A stretch of DNA of 64,000 nucleotides from Alloascoidea hylecoeti (Eukaryota): NCBI GenBank assembly GCA_001600815.1, contig BCKZ01000008.1, positions 372,001-436,000 of the forward strand. Reading direction: 5' to 3'. Of this stretch, positions 47,374 to 59,669 are shown piece by piece (the stretch's first letter is position 1; every line of letters begins with the position of its first letter). Below the pieces are notes generated by a model. It saw only the letters and a list, made by a program, of their open reading frames with translations. It had not been told where the DNA came from and did not search any database. Both the position numbers and the translations under genes were made by a program.

Positions 47374-48741
47374 CTAAATTAAAAGCGATATCAAAGAAAA
47401 TAAAGCAGCTATAATGCTATTATTCTTATAAATATAACCATCATTTTTTTGTGTAACCGCAGCAGCACCGGTTTCACTAGGAAATCCAGAACTTGTTCCA
47501 CGACCACTATTAACATTAGTGTTAGAAGTTCTGCCCGTAACTACAGTTCTTTGTGTTGAAACAAACCCAGTGCGCGTTAGTGTAGTGTTTCCAGTTATGG
47601 ATGAATTCGAGGTTGAACTAGTTTTTGGCATGATAGCCGCCGCCTCTGGAATCGTCTTTAAGAATTCCATTAAATCTCCAGATGGATCTAAATAGACAAA
47701 ATAAACCATATGTTCAATTGGATTACCGGCTACATTAGTTGTATTAGCTACAATTAATGCATTGTAATATCCTCCACAATCACTTGATGTTGGATCACAA
47801 ATTGCAATTTCTTTAGCTGAAGGATAATCTCCATGTTTAGCGATATAAACTTCAACTCCTCCATGAGAATATGTTTCATTAAATAAAACAATAGCAAAAT
47901 CATTTTTATGATGATATCTAATGTTTCCGGTCATTGATGATAATGGTCCAAAACTGTCAAAAGTTTCTTCTACTTTTGTAACCTCATTCAAATATTTCAC
48001 AAAATTCTTATCACCAAGTGGAGGAGATCCCCAATTCACAATTAAAGGATTATAACCAAGTAAGTATAACTCAAGACCTGCATATTGCGCTGTTACAGCT
48101 CCCAAGGAATGTCCAATAACTACCAATTTATAATCTGGATGTTTTTCAATCATTTTCTTAATTGTTTTAAAACTAAATTCATAATTGGCTTCCCAGGTTA
48201 TATAGAACCCACTGTGGATTTTACAATCAGAACAAGTATTAGTAGTATCATTTTTTGAAATTGATGGTAAAATACTATTTTTCTTTTTTATTAATGGTTC
48301 ATATGTTAATGAAGCATTTGTATAATCTAATTTGAAATTATTAGATGTCTCACTACCAACAAAAACAAAAACATTTTCTTTTCTTTTATGATCATAAATT
48401 CCCATCATGTAAGTACTATTATCTTCACTACCATTGACAATATTTGGCCATTGGGCATCAGCAAAAGATAATTGATCAAATTCTGAATCATGGAAATAGC
48501 CTGCTGTGCAATTATTAGGGATAAGTATATCTGTATCAGCTAGTGTATGTGAATTGCTTGTTATGTAACAAGTTGAAATACCGAAGAGCTCAGCATAATG
48601 GTAAAAGTCATCTAAAACAGGATTGCTTTCATTGTCTTGCGACTTTTTATCAAATTTCGTTAAGAGGTAAGAATCATCAGCCAAACATGAGATGATTGAG
48701 CAAAAGGAAATTGTTACCAGCTTTAATTTAGAAACTAACAT
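47374..48741 (-). CDS. Class-3 lipase, secreted, predicted GPI-anchored (copy 2)
   Basis: Signal peptide, IHSGFY, GHSLG, HKND, EHMVYF, Ser/Thr stalk and hydrophobic tail. Confidence 0.85.
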   Translation of the reverse strand: MLVSKLKLVTISFCSIISCLADDSYLLTKFDKKSQDNESNPVLDDFYHYAELFGISTCYITSNSHTLADTDILIPNNCTAGYFHDSEFDQLSFADAQWPNIVNGSEDNSTYMMGIYDHKRKENVFVFVGSETSNNFKLDYTNASLTYEPLIKKKNSILPSISKNDTTNTCSDCKIHSGFYITWEANYEFSFKTIKKMIEKHPDYKLVVIGHSLGAVTAQYAGLELYLLGYNPLIVNWGSPPLGDKNFVKYLNEVTKVEETFDSFGPLSSMTGNIRYHHKNDFAIVLFNETYSHGGVEVYIAKHGDYPSAKEIAICDPTSSDCGGYYNALIVANTTNVAGNPIEHMVYFVYLDPSGDLMEFLKTIPEAAAIMPKTSSTSNSSITGNTTLTRTGFVSTQRTVVTGRTSNTNVNSGRGTSSGFPSETGAAAVTQKNDGYIYKNNSIIAALFSLISLLI

Positions 48742-49393
48742 ATTTATTTCTGATTCTATAAATTCGAAATCAAGAAGATAATTGGGACATAATATATATT
48801 AAAAATATAGCCCTTCCGAGATTTTCTACTGCAGTTAACACCATCTATATAAAACTCTAAAAATCTCTTATTTCAGCATCCCTGATCCTTGGCCGTAACG
48901 GTTTCCCCATTTATTATGATTATATGTAGGCTATAGAAAAAAAATGATTTTTACAATCTATCAGTGTACCAATGGTAATCAAAAATAGTATGCTTGATCA
49001 GAGACATCACATTACACAGCAGTATCATAGAAAAAATAAACGCTGTGAGGTGAGAAAGGATATGTTGAACTTGTAAAATCTTGCTTCTCTATACTCAATT
49101 CCTGTGTGTATGGTATCCATGCAAAATTTGGTCACCAAAGATATTATCGGATAATCTGGCAAACCCTCTACCTTTATTAATTATAACAGACTAATAATAA
49201 ATAAACTTGGGAAAGTGGAAATAAGTTAGATAATTCTTATTTTAATTTATCAGAAAAGAAAAACCTTATTTGAAGCTGATATTCCATATTTTACTTCAGT
49301 TGCAATTGATGTTTCTTCCCACATTTACTTACAACTTTGTATGTGATTAATAAATCAATATAAGCGGGTTCAATCGACCTTTCTAAAGGGAAG

Positions 49394-49395
<2 letters not shown>

Positions 49396-49462
<67 letters not shown>
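49396..49462. repeat. (GA)n microsatellite
   Basis: Directly visible, about 33 units. Confidence 0.97.
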
Positions 49463-49466
<4 letters not shown>

Positions 49467-49917
49467 AGGAATGTCATATCCAAAAGGCAAACTAATCAAT
49501 AGTTCAAAACTTAAATTAAAAAAATAGTAATCCTAGATTATTTGTTGAAAATATATACAAAATGAAAGCAATTATACTATGCTTTCGTATATTTTATTCC
49601 TCTATATCTTATCCAACCAATAATATTGAGGTCTTAACCGGTGCTGGTTTACTAAGGATGTTTGCTAAAATATATATCTAATAGGCATATAATTGGCCAT
49701 GGAAATCGCTATCGATGTTTTTAAAAAGAGGAGAGATTTGTTTTTATTAAGATTGATTACAAATTATGAAGATATTTTTCTCTTCTTAAGCTTTAATAAA
49801 ACAGTTAAAAAATATTATTATTTTATTTTAAGATTAAATATAATTAATAGAGAATTAAAAAATTAGAGAATTAATACATTAAGAACAATTTACACGTGTA
49901 AGAAGTGATCATCATAC

Positions 49918-51189
49918 TTAAATTAGCAGGGCACATATAGCGAAAAATCCCAATAAAAATCCATTGGATTTTGTTGATATACCTTCAGATTTACCCGAAC
50001 TAGTTGACTTTGGACTAGAAGATTCTGAACTAGATGTAGTAGATTCCGAGGAAGCAGATGAAGGAGAAGTACTTGAGCTTGTGGTTGGTGAGCTTGAACT
50101 GTCTGCTGGAGACCAGGCAATAGTTGATCCTTGATTTACGTACGGTGCTGTTCCACAAGGAACAATATCAACATAATATAATCTATGAGGATTAGAAGTA
50201 CCACCGGGAACAGTGGTATTAGCTGGAACCAATGAATCTGGGTATCCACCACAAGTTCCATCAATATTATAGTCAGGATCACAAATTGCAATATCAGCTG
50301 GAGTTGGATAATCTCCTAATTTTGCAATCCAAACTTCAACTCCACCATGATAGTAAACATTATCTAAAAATTTAGGCACCCGATCAGGTTTATGTTCATT
50401 TCTTATATTTCCAGTTAATGGAAATTTCCCTGATTCAAAAGTTTCAAAAGTATCTTCGGCATGTGTTATGTTATTTAAATAACTAACAAAGGTTTTACTA
50501 CCAATTTGAGGTGCACCGAAAGAAAGAACTAATGGAGAAATTCCCAATAACTGTAATTCAATTGCAGCCAATTGAACAGCAGAACCACCTAAAGAATGAC
50601 CTAAAAGCACAGTTTTATAATCAGGAAATTCTTCTCCCATTTTCTTAACATTATCTAACGTGAAATCGAAATCAGCTTTCCATGTTTCATAAAACCCACG
50701 GTGAACAACACAATCTTCACAAACGTGTTCAGTAGTTGTTAAATTCTTTTCAATAACAAGCGGTGTATATGGAGCTGTTGTTATATCTAAATCCATTTTT
50801 TGATTAATTAGAGTAGTAGTTCCAACCAAAATCACAAAACTTTCTTTTCTATTATGATCGTAGAGACTCATCATAAAGGTAGCATTACTAGTATTATCTG
50901 GCCAGAATCCATCAACAAATTCTAAATGTTGAAATCTTGCATCATCACAGTATCCTTGATCACACTCTTTAACAATTGTTATATTTGTGTCGGATGGTTG
51001 ATTTGGATGTGCTTTGAGGAAACAAGTTGCTATACCATAAACACCAGCATAATAAAAGAATTCATCAAGGACTGGATTTGTTACATCGTTTCCTGAGCCT
51101 TCATTTAATTTCGATAATACAAATGAATCATCAGCAATACAAGATGCTATGATTGAAAGTAGAAACAATACCCCACTGTTTAACAACAT
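49918..51189 (-). CDS. Class-3 lipase, secreted, predicted GPI-anchored (copy 3)
   Basis: Signal peptide, VHRGFY, GHSLGG, SFGAPQIG, HKPDRVP, PHRLYY, Ser/Thr stalk and hydrophobic tail. Confidence 0.88.
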   Translation of the reverse strand: MLLNSGVLFLLSIIASCIADDSFVLSKLNEGSGNDVTNPVLDEFFYYAGVYGIATCFLKAHPNQPSDTNITIVKECDQGYCDDARFQHLEFVDGFWPDNTSNATFMMSLYDHNRKESFVILVGTTTLINQKMDLDITTAPYTPLVIEKNLTTTEHVCEDCVVHRGFYETWKADFDFTLDNVKKMGEEFPDYKTVLLGHSLGGSAVQLAAIELQLLGISPLVLSFGAPQIGSKTFVSYLNNITHAEDTFETFESGKFPLTGNIRNEHKPDRVPKFLDNVYYHGGVEVWIAKLGDYPTPADIAICDPDYNIDGTCGGYPDSLVPANTTVPGGTSNPHRLYYVDIVPCGTAPYVNQGSTIAWSPADSSSSPTTSSSTSPSSASSESTTSSSESSSPKSTSSGKSEGISTKSNGFLLGFFAICALLI

Positions 51190-51315
51190 GATCTATTTTA
51201 GTTGTTGAATAAATCTGTAATTATTATATTATTGAAAATGAGGAAATAAAACAAAAAGAAATATAAATTAGGGAAAATGAGACGCCATGAATGGATCTAT
51301 ATGCGTATGCATGTC

Positions 51316-51380
51316 TGTTATGTGGAGTACCGTACTAGGCAGAGAGTCTAGATATCTGGATCCAACAATATCCACATATA
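51316..51380. mobile_element. Short internally deleted relative of the 6305-6610 element
   Basis: TGTTATGTGGAGTA (51316-51329), AGTCTAGATATCT (51345-51357) and TATCCACAT (51369-51377) are shared with 6305-6610 in the same order. Confidence 0.55.
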
Positions 51381-54300
51381 CTGAAAACAATTTAGTTTTA
51401 TATAGTGAAATCGAAGTGGTTTATAGTAACTTTATACTAGATGAGGCGGCAGCTGAAAATTAGTTGCAGATTAAGGTTTATAACCATACTAAAATGGTAA
51501 ACTTAAGAAGTGAATCCATAGATTATAACCACACATCTGTATTGTACTACATTCAAGATTGCTACGAGTGAAAGAAATATTAATGCAATTGTATAACCCA
51601 ACATTATATTATCCATTAAATATTCTTGATATATAAGTTTATCAGACTTCCCCAATGACAATTAATAACCCTCATCAGGGCTAGGCCTCTGACTAACGAG
51701 GGTGATTGCGCTCTAAATTATATTTGAAATAGTTGTTCAAATTAGAATATTAGATCCTTCATTTTTCAAAGTTTAGTATACTATTTTATGGATTGATGAA
51801 TAGGAATTAATAATCGCATTCTGCCTTTATTCATGATCATATGAAGCAAGTGTGATTTTGCAAATAAAATACCAGTAGTTATTCCATCCACTGAGTATTC
51901 TAGATATTCCCAAAGGGAGTCAAAGTTAGGATGTTGATCTGGCATGAACCGTATGTGATCGCCTCTTTCAACAGATGTGTAGATGAACAATCACTTTGTT
52001 TGCCATTCACTACACGCCTTACCTCTGTTGTAGAATAAATGTAGGTACCTATTGTCCTTTTGAAGAGGCCTAAGAGGATTTTTTTCACTTGTGTTGTGTG
52101 GAATTTGTGGGCCTCATGCTAAGTTGCTAACTGATGAATTCGAAGTGTCTAAGTAAAATGGTTTCAAACTTTTCTATGCATACGTTTTTTTGAGTCGGCT
52201 TTACAATATTATCATATACTCTCATAAGCAACAGTTTCAGCCAAGATTGAATCTTAAATAAGGCATGTATATTTTATAATTAATAAGCAACGACCTCATT
52301 GCGATAGTCATCAATGAAAAATAAGATATATAATTGATATCACGAATTCATTTTATCTTATTATACTAAATTTAGATGCATTAATGTTAAGTATGATCAG
52401 TTACAAATATATTGCAATTGGATTGGTTACTCTACATAAGATCTGTTACATAGAGAGAATGGGGACGGAAATCTATAGCAATCCTTGCAGCATTGTATAA
52501 TAGTGCAAGAATTTACCAAGAACAGAGTAAGATATGCATTGGAGTTAGAGGTTCAATTAGTTGGAAACTAGTTGGCTAGTAGAGATCGAAAGCGATTTTG
52601 TATTTCAATAAGTTTTCTAAAATTGAAACAGTAGGGGGGTAAGCTCACTTTTTTTTAAAAATTCTACAGAAAAACTCAAAATAAGAAACCTAAACTCTCT
52701 TTTCCCAATTAGACAATCAAATCTGCAGAATTTCAGTAGAATTTTTGCAAACTCCCAGACACCCCAATTTGAGCCAGCGGGTTCCCAGGGGTCCGCTTTA
52801 GGCCGGTCACTCGGACCTCAATGTCCTATGCGGTGAGTATCTAAATTGATCCCGAAGGAATCGAAAATCTTGCATGCAAATGAAACTGCCTAATATGACT
52901 CCGGGAATATACATAATTACTATATAAGGATATGCACATGTGAAGACTTACTGTATATGGTATTGCATTGTTGTTGTTTTTTGTTATCAATTTAAGTACT
53001 TAACAAGTTAATAATACAATAGCATGTTGACACGTTGCTAACTATCGATATACTGGATATATCTTAACAAGTATATAATATTTCTATTTTACTTTACTGG
53101 TACATCATCATTGAATAATTAAAATCCAGTCTTAATTACTATAAAAAAATATAAATATAAAGATAATGCATACACAGTATTACAGACATCCAATTTTTCA
53201 CACAATAATGATAATACTTGGTAAAACAGCATTAATTTGTCACCGTCAATATTTACCTAAAACTATGAATAATATATATAACCGTGGTAGCTAGTTCTAT
53301 TTATAACTATAGATTTGATTTGAAGTAATCACCGATAAGGCTTAACCAAATCACTTCTTTGGACTCAAATGTACAAGTGTACGTTTGAAGAAAGTTTAAG
53401 AAGGTCCTCAAATCCATAAAAAGTAACAGAAGTGATTAATTAATTTAAAGTTAGCCCAAAACGTTCAACATAGAAAGTTTATAAGATAGAGAGATCTTGA
53501 AAAAGAGATAAGGTTCCAAGGATATTACAGTTTTACACATTTCTCGGTTACCATCTATATAACTTTTCATTACTTTTAGCATATTTTTGTATAACATTGA
53601 CTTTCGCCGTATGAGTCAATGGAAAAAATATTTTAAGTACTATATGCATAAAACTATATATTTAATCTTTGAAAAACTAATACATTATACTAAAGATACG
53701 AATTGAATCATATGAGGCTTATAGCTATACAGCGTTAAATATAAAACCCATTTATAATTAAGATAGATTGCAATACCCATTGAATATACTAATTTGTATT
53801 GTGGTATACAGTTGGCTATAGATATTTTATTTACATCTCCTTTCCATGTAATTGCGCTGTATGGTAACCACCATGGCCAGATGATCACGTATACTGAATG
53901 TCAATATACCTTATATAATTAAAGCTTAAGCTTAACAGAGGTTACGATTTTTTGTGGTTGTCATAGATCAGGAATATATATCACAGTAATCATAATTATA
54001 TCGAATAATTAAAGTAACGATTTACAACTATGTTCGATTATCTGTATCTAAGAAGCTTCAGTTTTAATTATTATTTATACTTATTCCTGAAAATGTCGGA
54101 AATAACTATTTTATATACATTCATGTAAATGTAGTAAAAAAATTAATGTACTACATAATTTCATGGCTATCAACATAACTGCCATATCTGCAAAAATTTA
54201 CTCATATGCAAAATATTAATCTATACTCATAATGACTACTACATCTAGTTATATGATTAATATTTTAAAATTGGTCTGGGGTTAAATTTCCGCCAGTTGT

Positions 54301-56096
54301 TCTGATAAGCAGGTTGTAAATGTATAATCAAATTTATTCTTATAACCTCATAGGCTCATCCTCCAAAGCATATACTTCTATAGTTATAATTATGATTTAT
54401 GCAATATTATACATGTATAATTATATCTAATTTGACTGATATATATATATATATATATATGTAAATACGAGTATACCATACTCATAATTATAACAAACAT
54501 TCTCCTTAAATTTAAATACAATATATAATTGTTTGTAGTCATAATTCTTTACTTTTGATCTATAATTGTAAGCAATATGTTTAAGCGCATTATGAGGACT
54601 ACAAAAACTCAAGTACCGATATACGTAATTGATATCGATCAAAAGATAAGCTGAATATCGAGTATAATAGTGTTGCAGCTATATTTGTTATATACCGGTA
54701 TATAGTACATGTATATGATATTACCTAGCACCCGTAATCATTAATATTACTGTAGCTCGCTATTTATGAAGCAAGAGTTCTATTTAATGTATGTGCTTAT
54801 CACAATATACAATATAATAAATAGGATAAAAAATATATGCACATGTATGTAGTCTATATTATTACTCTAGTAAATCATTTCCAGTAAGCCGATATATTTA
54901 GTCGTAAAGCAAAAATATATCACAGCAGTTTAAGAGGTTTAGTTTAATCATTATTATCACTTATCAGGCATCGAAATGCCAACGTACTAATTGCACGTAG
55001 TATGTACTATGTGCTGAGAACTCTTGAGTTACCTGTATTATTTATATCGATCCGAAAAAATGTTCAAGCCGCACAATCGCGACGCGTTTAAGATCAATTC
55101 TATTCCCTACAATTGTTTATAAGGTTTGGCTGCAAATTTTCATAAAAACTAATATTGTTTAGCCGCAAACTAATAAAAATGGCATTATTTTAAAAAAGAA
55201 ATAACATACACCATTATATAATCATTTATATCTAATATATTATTTGATCGAAATTGAAATTGAGATTATATTTCTAGTAATATTAATATTTCTCCTTCAC
55301 TGAAAAAATAGTGGTAATTATCGCCGAACTCAATAACTCTTTCCTTTTTGAAACTGAACCCTAATAATGAAGCGCTGATTGAACCTAAATATGATACCTG
55401 ATTGGTTAATTAACGACTTCAATTATAAATGTCTATGAATATGTAGGTACAATTTTCCAAGTGCTTAACGCTAAAAAAACGAAGGTTCGAAATGAGAGAT
55501 AAAAAATTTATAGGTTCTTTTACATTTAAATTTTACCTTGAGGCGGACATTAATTACAACCTCCTCGAAGGTGATAAAAATAATTTTTTCCTGATTTTTA
55601 GTTTCGCTGTTTAAAATATATTCTCAGTAATGCCTATTTATAGCATACAATAACTTTAATAATAATAACTCATGTGCAATTTAATTTAGAGTACATACAT
55701 ATGCTGTAATCCGTTATTTCTGCATAACCTTCCGTAATAACAATAACAACTGGTAAATTGCTGACCAAATTTATTTTCAAATGATTTGGTTCAGATCATT
55801 TGGTTCAGATTCTGAAAAAAAAAAAACCACCAATACAGAATAAAAAATATCTTATTCAACTCATATATATTTCTCAATTAATTTTCAATTAAAGCAGGAC
55901 TGGCTAATCATTCGCATATCAAGAATGTGGTGAAATATCGTGTCATCCCGCCTGTGTAGGAATTAAAAAAAAGGACTCGAAAAAACTTTCTTTTAAATCT
56001 TATTTTCTTTAATATTTTTTTCATATAAAGGTGCCTCTTTTCTTCACTTCTTTCTTTCTTCTCCCATTAACAACTCACTACTTAATATCATTTACA

Positions 56097-56288
56097 ATGC
56101 AATTCAAATCTGTTATCGCCGTCCTTGCTACCGTCTCAATCGTTGCCGCACACAATGGTTCTAATGAAACAGACCACAAGAATGCTACCAATGGTACTAC
56201 CTCTCACTCATCTGGTGCTTCCAGCAGCGTTTTACCAGCTGGTATTGCCGGTGCTTTCGTTGCCGGTGCCGTTGCCTTACTTATCTAA
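56097..56288 (+). CDS. Tiny secreted or GPI-type glycoprotein, Hor7/Ddr2-like (63 aa)
   Basis: Signal peptide MQFKSVIAVLATVSIVAA, four N-x-S/T sequons, hydrophobic tail GAFVAGAVALLI, codon usage typical of highly expressed genes, and TATAAA at about 56024. Confidence 0.8.
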   Translation: MQFKSVIAVLATVSIVAAHNGSNETDHKNATNGTTSHSSGASSSVLPAGIAGAFVAGAVALLI

Positions 56289-58199
56289 GTTTCTTCAACC
56301 TATTATTCGAACATGTTACAATTTAATTAATTTCATTTTTTTTCTGGAAAAAAGCCTGGATAGTGTCGTGATTACATTCACTTAATAAACATTTACTACG
56401 GTGGTCTCTCTTCATTTGTATTTTCAATAATATTAATCAATACAAATACAATTATGCTATAGATGAAATATTTTTGTAGAAGGAAAAGTGTCTTTGGTTG
56501 TTATTTTGTCGATTATATAGCTTGATAAATTTCTGTTATGTTTTAATTTAATATTTTGCTTCATTACTCATGTTAACAAGTAAACGATTCATGATCATTA
56601 GTATTGTAGTTTTCAAATATTCAATCTTTATTTCTCTAAGATTAAATTTTTTCCAATAATATTTTTTTCTTCTAGTCTTTGCTTGTCTATTCTCTTCCTG
56701 TTTTGGTGCGTGCTTTCCTTATTTTGAGAAAAAAAGTACAACTTAAAATATGCTTTGAACCAATCAATGACTCAAGGTGTATTTTTAAACTTTTGTCGAT
56801 CCTGTATGCCTGAAAGAGGTTGTGAGTATAAAAGTTTTTAGAAAGATTAACTAATAGCTCTAGCTATTTTAAAAAGCTTAAGATCGCTATGTGCATAGCA
56901 CTACATGCCATAGTTTTATTTAATCATTGCCGATAAGACCTCACAAGACAAACGTATTTTCTTTAGACTGAACATTGTATATTACATTGTATACAGTAAG
57001 TATCCTCAAAAGGAAAATCATTAAAACTAACAAAAGTGACTACCTAATCTATTTAAAGTACCCACAAATTAACTAGAATCTTCCGATTTATTATCTTTTA
57101 GACATGTTGATTTTAACTCCACCATGAGTTTGTTATATTTATAGCATAGGCTTCGTAACAACCGCAAGTTCAGAAAAACATCCACGCTGAACGACTCCAA
57201 ATGCTTATACGATCTTTAAGAAAACTACCAGGGTTTCTGTTATCTTACCTAAGATGAATACCTTTGATATATATGTAGACTATAAATAATTTTGTTATTT
57301 TTTAAAAAGAGGTTGTAGTTACGCGCTCGTGGTTGTCACATAACTTACTCAGGAAGAAATAAGCACTATTAAATAGGTAACAAGGAAGCGGAAATTTGAT
57401 GTATGAATTTGATAGCTTTGTATTATAAAAAATCATAAGAGCCATTGGATTCACTCCTCAGATAATATACGAACTACATAGAAGAAAAGAATATATACTC
57501 AAGGGTATAAATAGCACATATTCTACTAAGGACAAGGTCGCTATTAAAAGATTGTCTACGAGTCTTCTTTTCTTGTAAATAGGAAACCAATAATTTTCTG
57601 AAGGCCTTCTAATCAATTCATTTTTTATTTTTTATTTAATTGTTTTAACTGCAAAACACTTAGCTGTTCAGCTTTTAATATCGAAGGAATTTGTAGAGAA
57701 CTTCTGTGTAAGATTCATTAAAAGATATGAAATATAACGTTAAGAATATTAATAACGCCCCCTATTATGATTCTATGATACTAACTCGCAATTACAGGTA
57801 ATTATTCAAAAAATCAATACCATTGTTTCTAAACTTTCCAATTCAACATGATTAGCAACATTATGAAATTGTGGAATTTCATATCCCGTGATTACTATAA
57901 CTGACTTTTAAATAATAACAGCTTATTTAAATATATTTTATAAATAGATTATAATCCCTAAAATTAAAACTAAAAACCTAGATATTATTCTTTGCGCTCA
58001 TCCCAAGATCGAGACAAATATTTTGTTTCATTTAGTTATATATTTATTACGAGTTTTTTACTTTAAATTTATCTTCGTTAAAGTTTAAAAAATGAAGTTT
58101 AATGTGAAAGACGAGTGTGGAAAGTGAAATATGAGAAAAGCTTTTATTGCGAAAGTTTAAATTGAAAGAATATAAATTGACAAAATATAAATAAACAAA

Positions 58200-59500
58200 A
58201 CCTTCTTGAGATGTCCGTGCCATGGGGCAGATACAGGGTTACGGCTGTGCCGAAGGACTTGAAGCTAAAACTGAGTTTTTCTTCTTATTCGTAGTTGTTG
58301 AATTTTTTTTCTCGTACGTTTATTTTGACCGGTCTTAATATTATGAGATGTTATTTTCTTTGAATGCTTTTCGTTTTGCTGGGGTTGAGCGACGAGAATG
58401 ATACTCATCTTCATCTTCGTAGACTTCTATAGGTACTGGGTCTTCTAAGTCTTCCAATTTTTCTTCTACCTTATTTACTTACTTATTTTCGTAATTTTCT
58501 TTATTTTCGTCTTCATCGTCTTCATCCTCTTTCATCATCTTTTACCTTATCTTATTATTTTCATCCCCACAATCACCATCATCAACACCGTTGCTGTTAT
58601 TACTTGAGTAATCATGGTCCAAAATTTCAGATACCATATCCCCTTTAGATACCATTTCTTCTTCAGATTCTTGATTTTCTTCTTGATGTTGTTGCTTCTC
58701 TTGATCATTATATTATCCTGGTCTTGTTGTTCATCATTTGATTTATATTGAACTCTTCAAACCTGACGCGTGGAACTTAATCGAACACTCTGATTCCCCA
58801 TTCCTGTGAGTGTAATCTTCTGTAGTCATGTTATCCCCGTCGTAATCATCACCACATATAAATTAACGTGTCCCAAATACCTACATTTAAGTTACGGAGG
58901 TTCCTTCGCGAACCGAAAATCTAAATATTCGAGATAAATTAAAAAAATATAAAACTATGTATTTGAATGAATCATCGAGTGGAGAATCCAGTCATACCTT
59001 CTCCAGGTGCTTTACTATAATAAATCGTTTCGTGGTCGTACTAATGGGCTTTTTTTCACCTCGAAACTTATTTTATTATTTCGGTCATTTCCTTCACTTT
59101 TCTATAATACACGGGGAGATTGTTGTCGGAACAATAGTTAAGCGTCTTGCCTAAGGCTTTATCATGTTTGAAGGTAGATCACTGGTTAAATTGTGATCTG
59201 GTAAGTAAATAAAATTCCTCTTATGCATGCTCCTCCACAAGTTGGGTCTTAGTAGCCTCATCTTTTTCCACTCTACGCGGAAGAATGGTCAACAAAGTAT
59301 CTTGGCACGGAATTGGGGTTAGGTGTCTGCTCCGAAGGTTCATCAGGAGAGATCCAACTGGAAGATCCAACTGGAAGAAGAGGATCTACCAGGTTGTGCG
59401 ATGAGAAGAAATAAGTTGAGAAGGATGTATTAACCCATATGCAGGTACACATGGAACTCAAGCTATCTCCAGAAAAAGACACGTGACGAAGAGCTCATCG
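58200..59500 (-). pseudogene. Decayed ORF of unknown family (pseudogene or transposon Gag-like relic)
   Basis: Protein-like stretches in shifting frames (SSSWISPDEPSEQTPNPNS; NLPVYYRKVKEMTEIIK; acidic EENQESEEE..EDEDDEDENKEN) broken by many stops. Confidence 0.45.
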
Positions 59501-59548
59501 CCATATATTAACAGATCGTATCCAAATGCAGCCAGTCACAGCACACGG

Positions 59549-59607
59549 TCGTTTACTCGTTTAATACAGTACGCAGTCGTTTATTCGTTTACTACCGTCT
59601 TTATAAA
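59549..59607 (+). promoter_or_regulatory. ERG2 promoter: four TCGTTTA Upc2/Ecm22-type elements and a TATA box
   Basis: TCGTTTA at 59549, 59557, 59577 and 59585; TATAAA at about 59602. Confidence 0.75.
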
Positions 59608-59669
59608 GGCACCTGTTATCGTCTTATTTGTGTTTTAATTTTCATCTTCAAATCTTCAAATACTTTACG

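Noticed and set aside
52780..52840. U1 snRNA variant starting ATACTCACC
   Set aside because: No U1-70K loop (GAUCA..AAG), no AUUGCAC loop and no properly placed Sm site were seen. Kept only as an unknown structured element.
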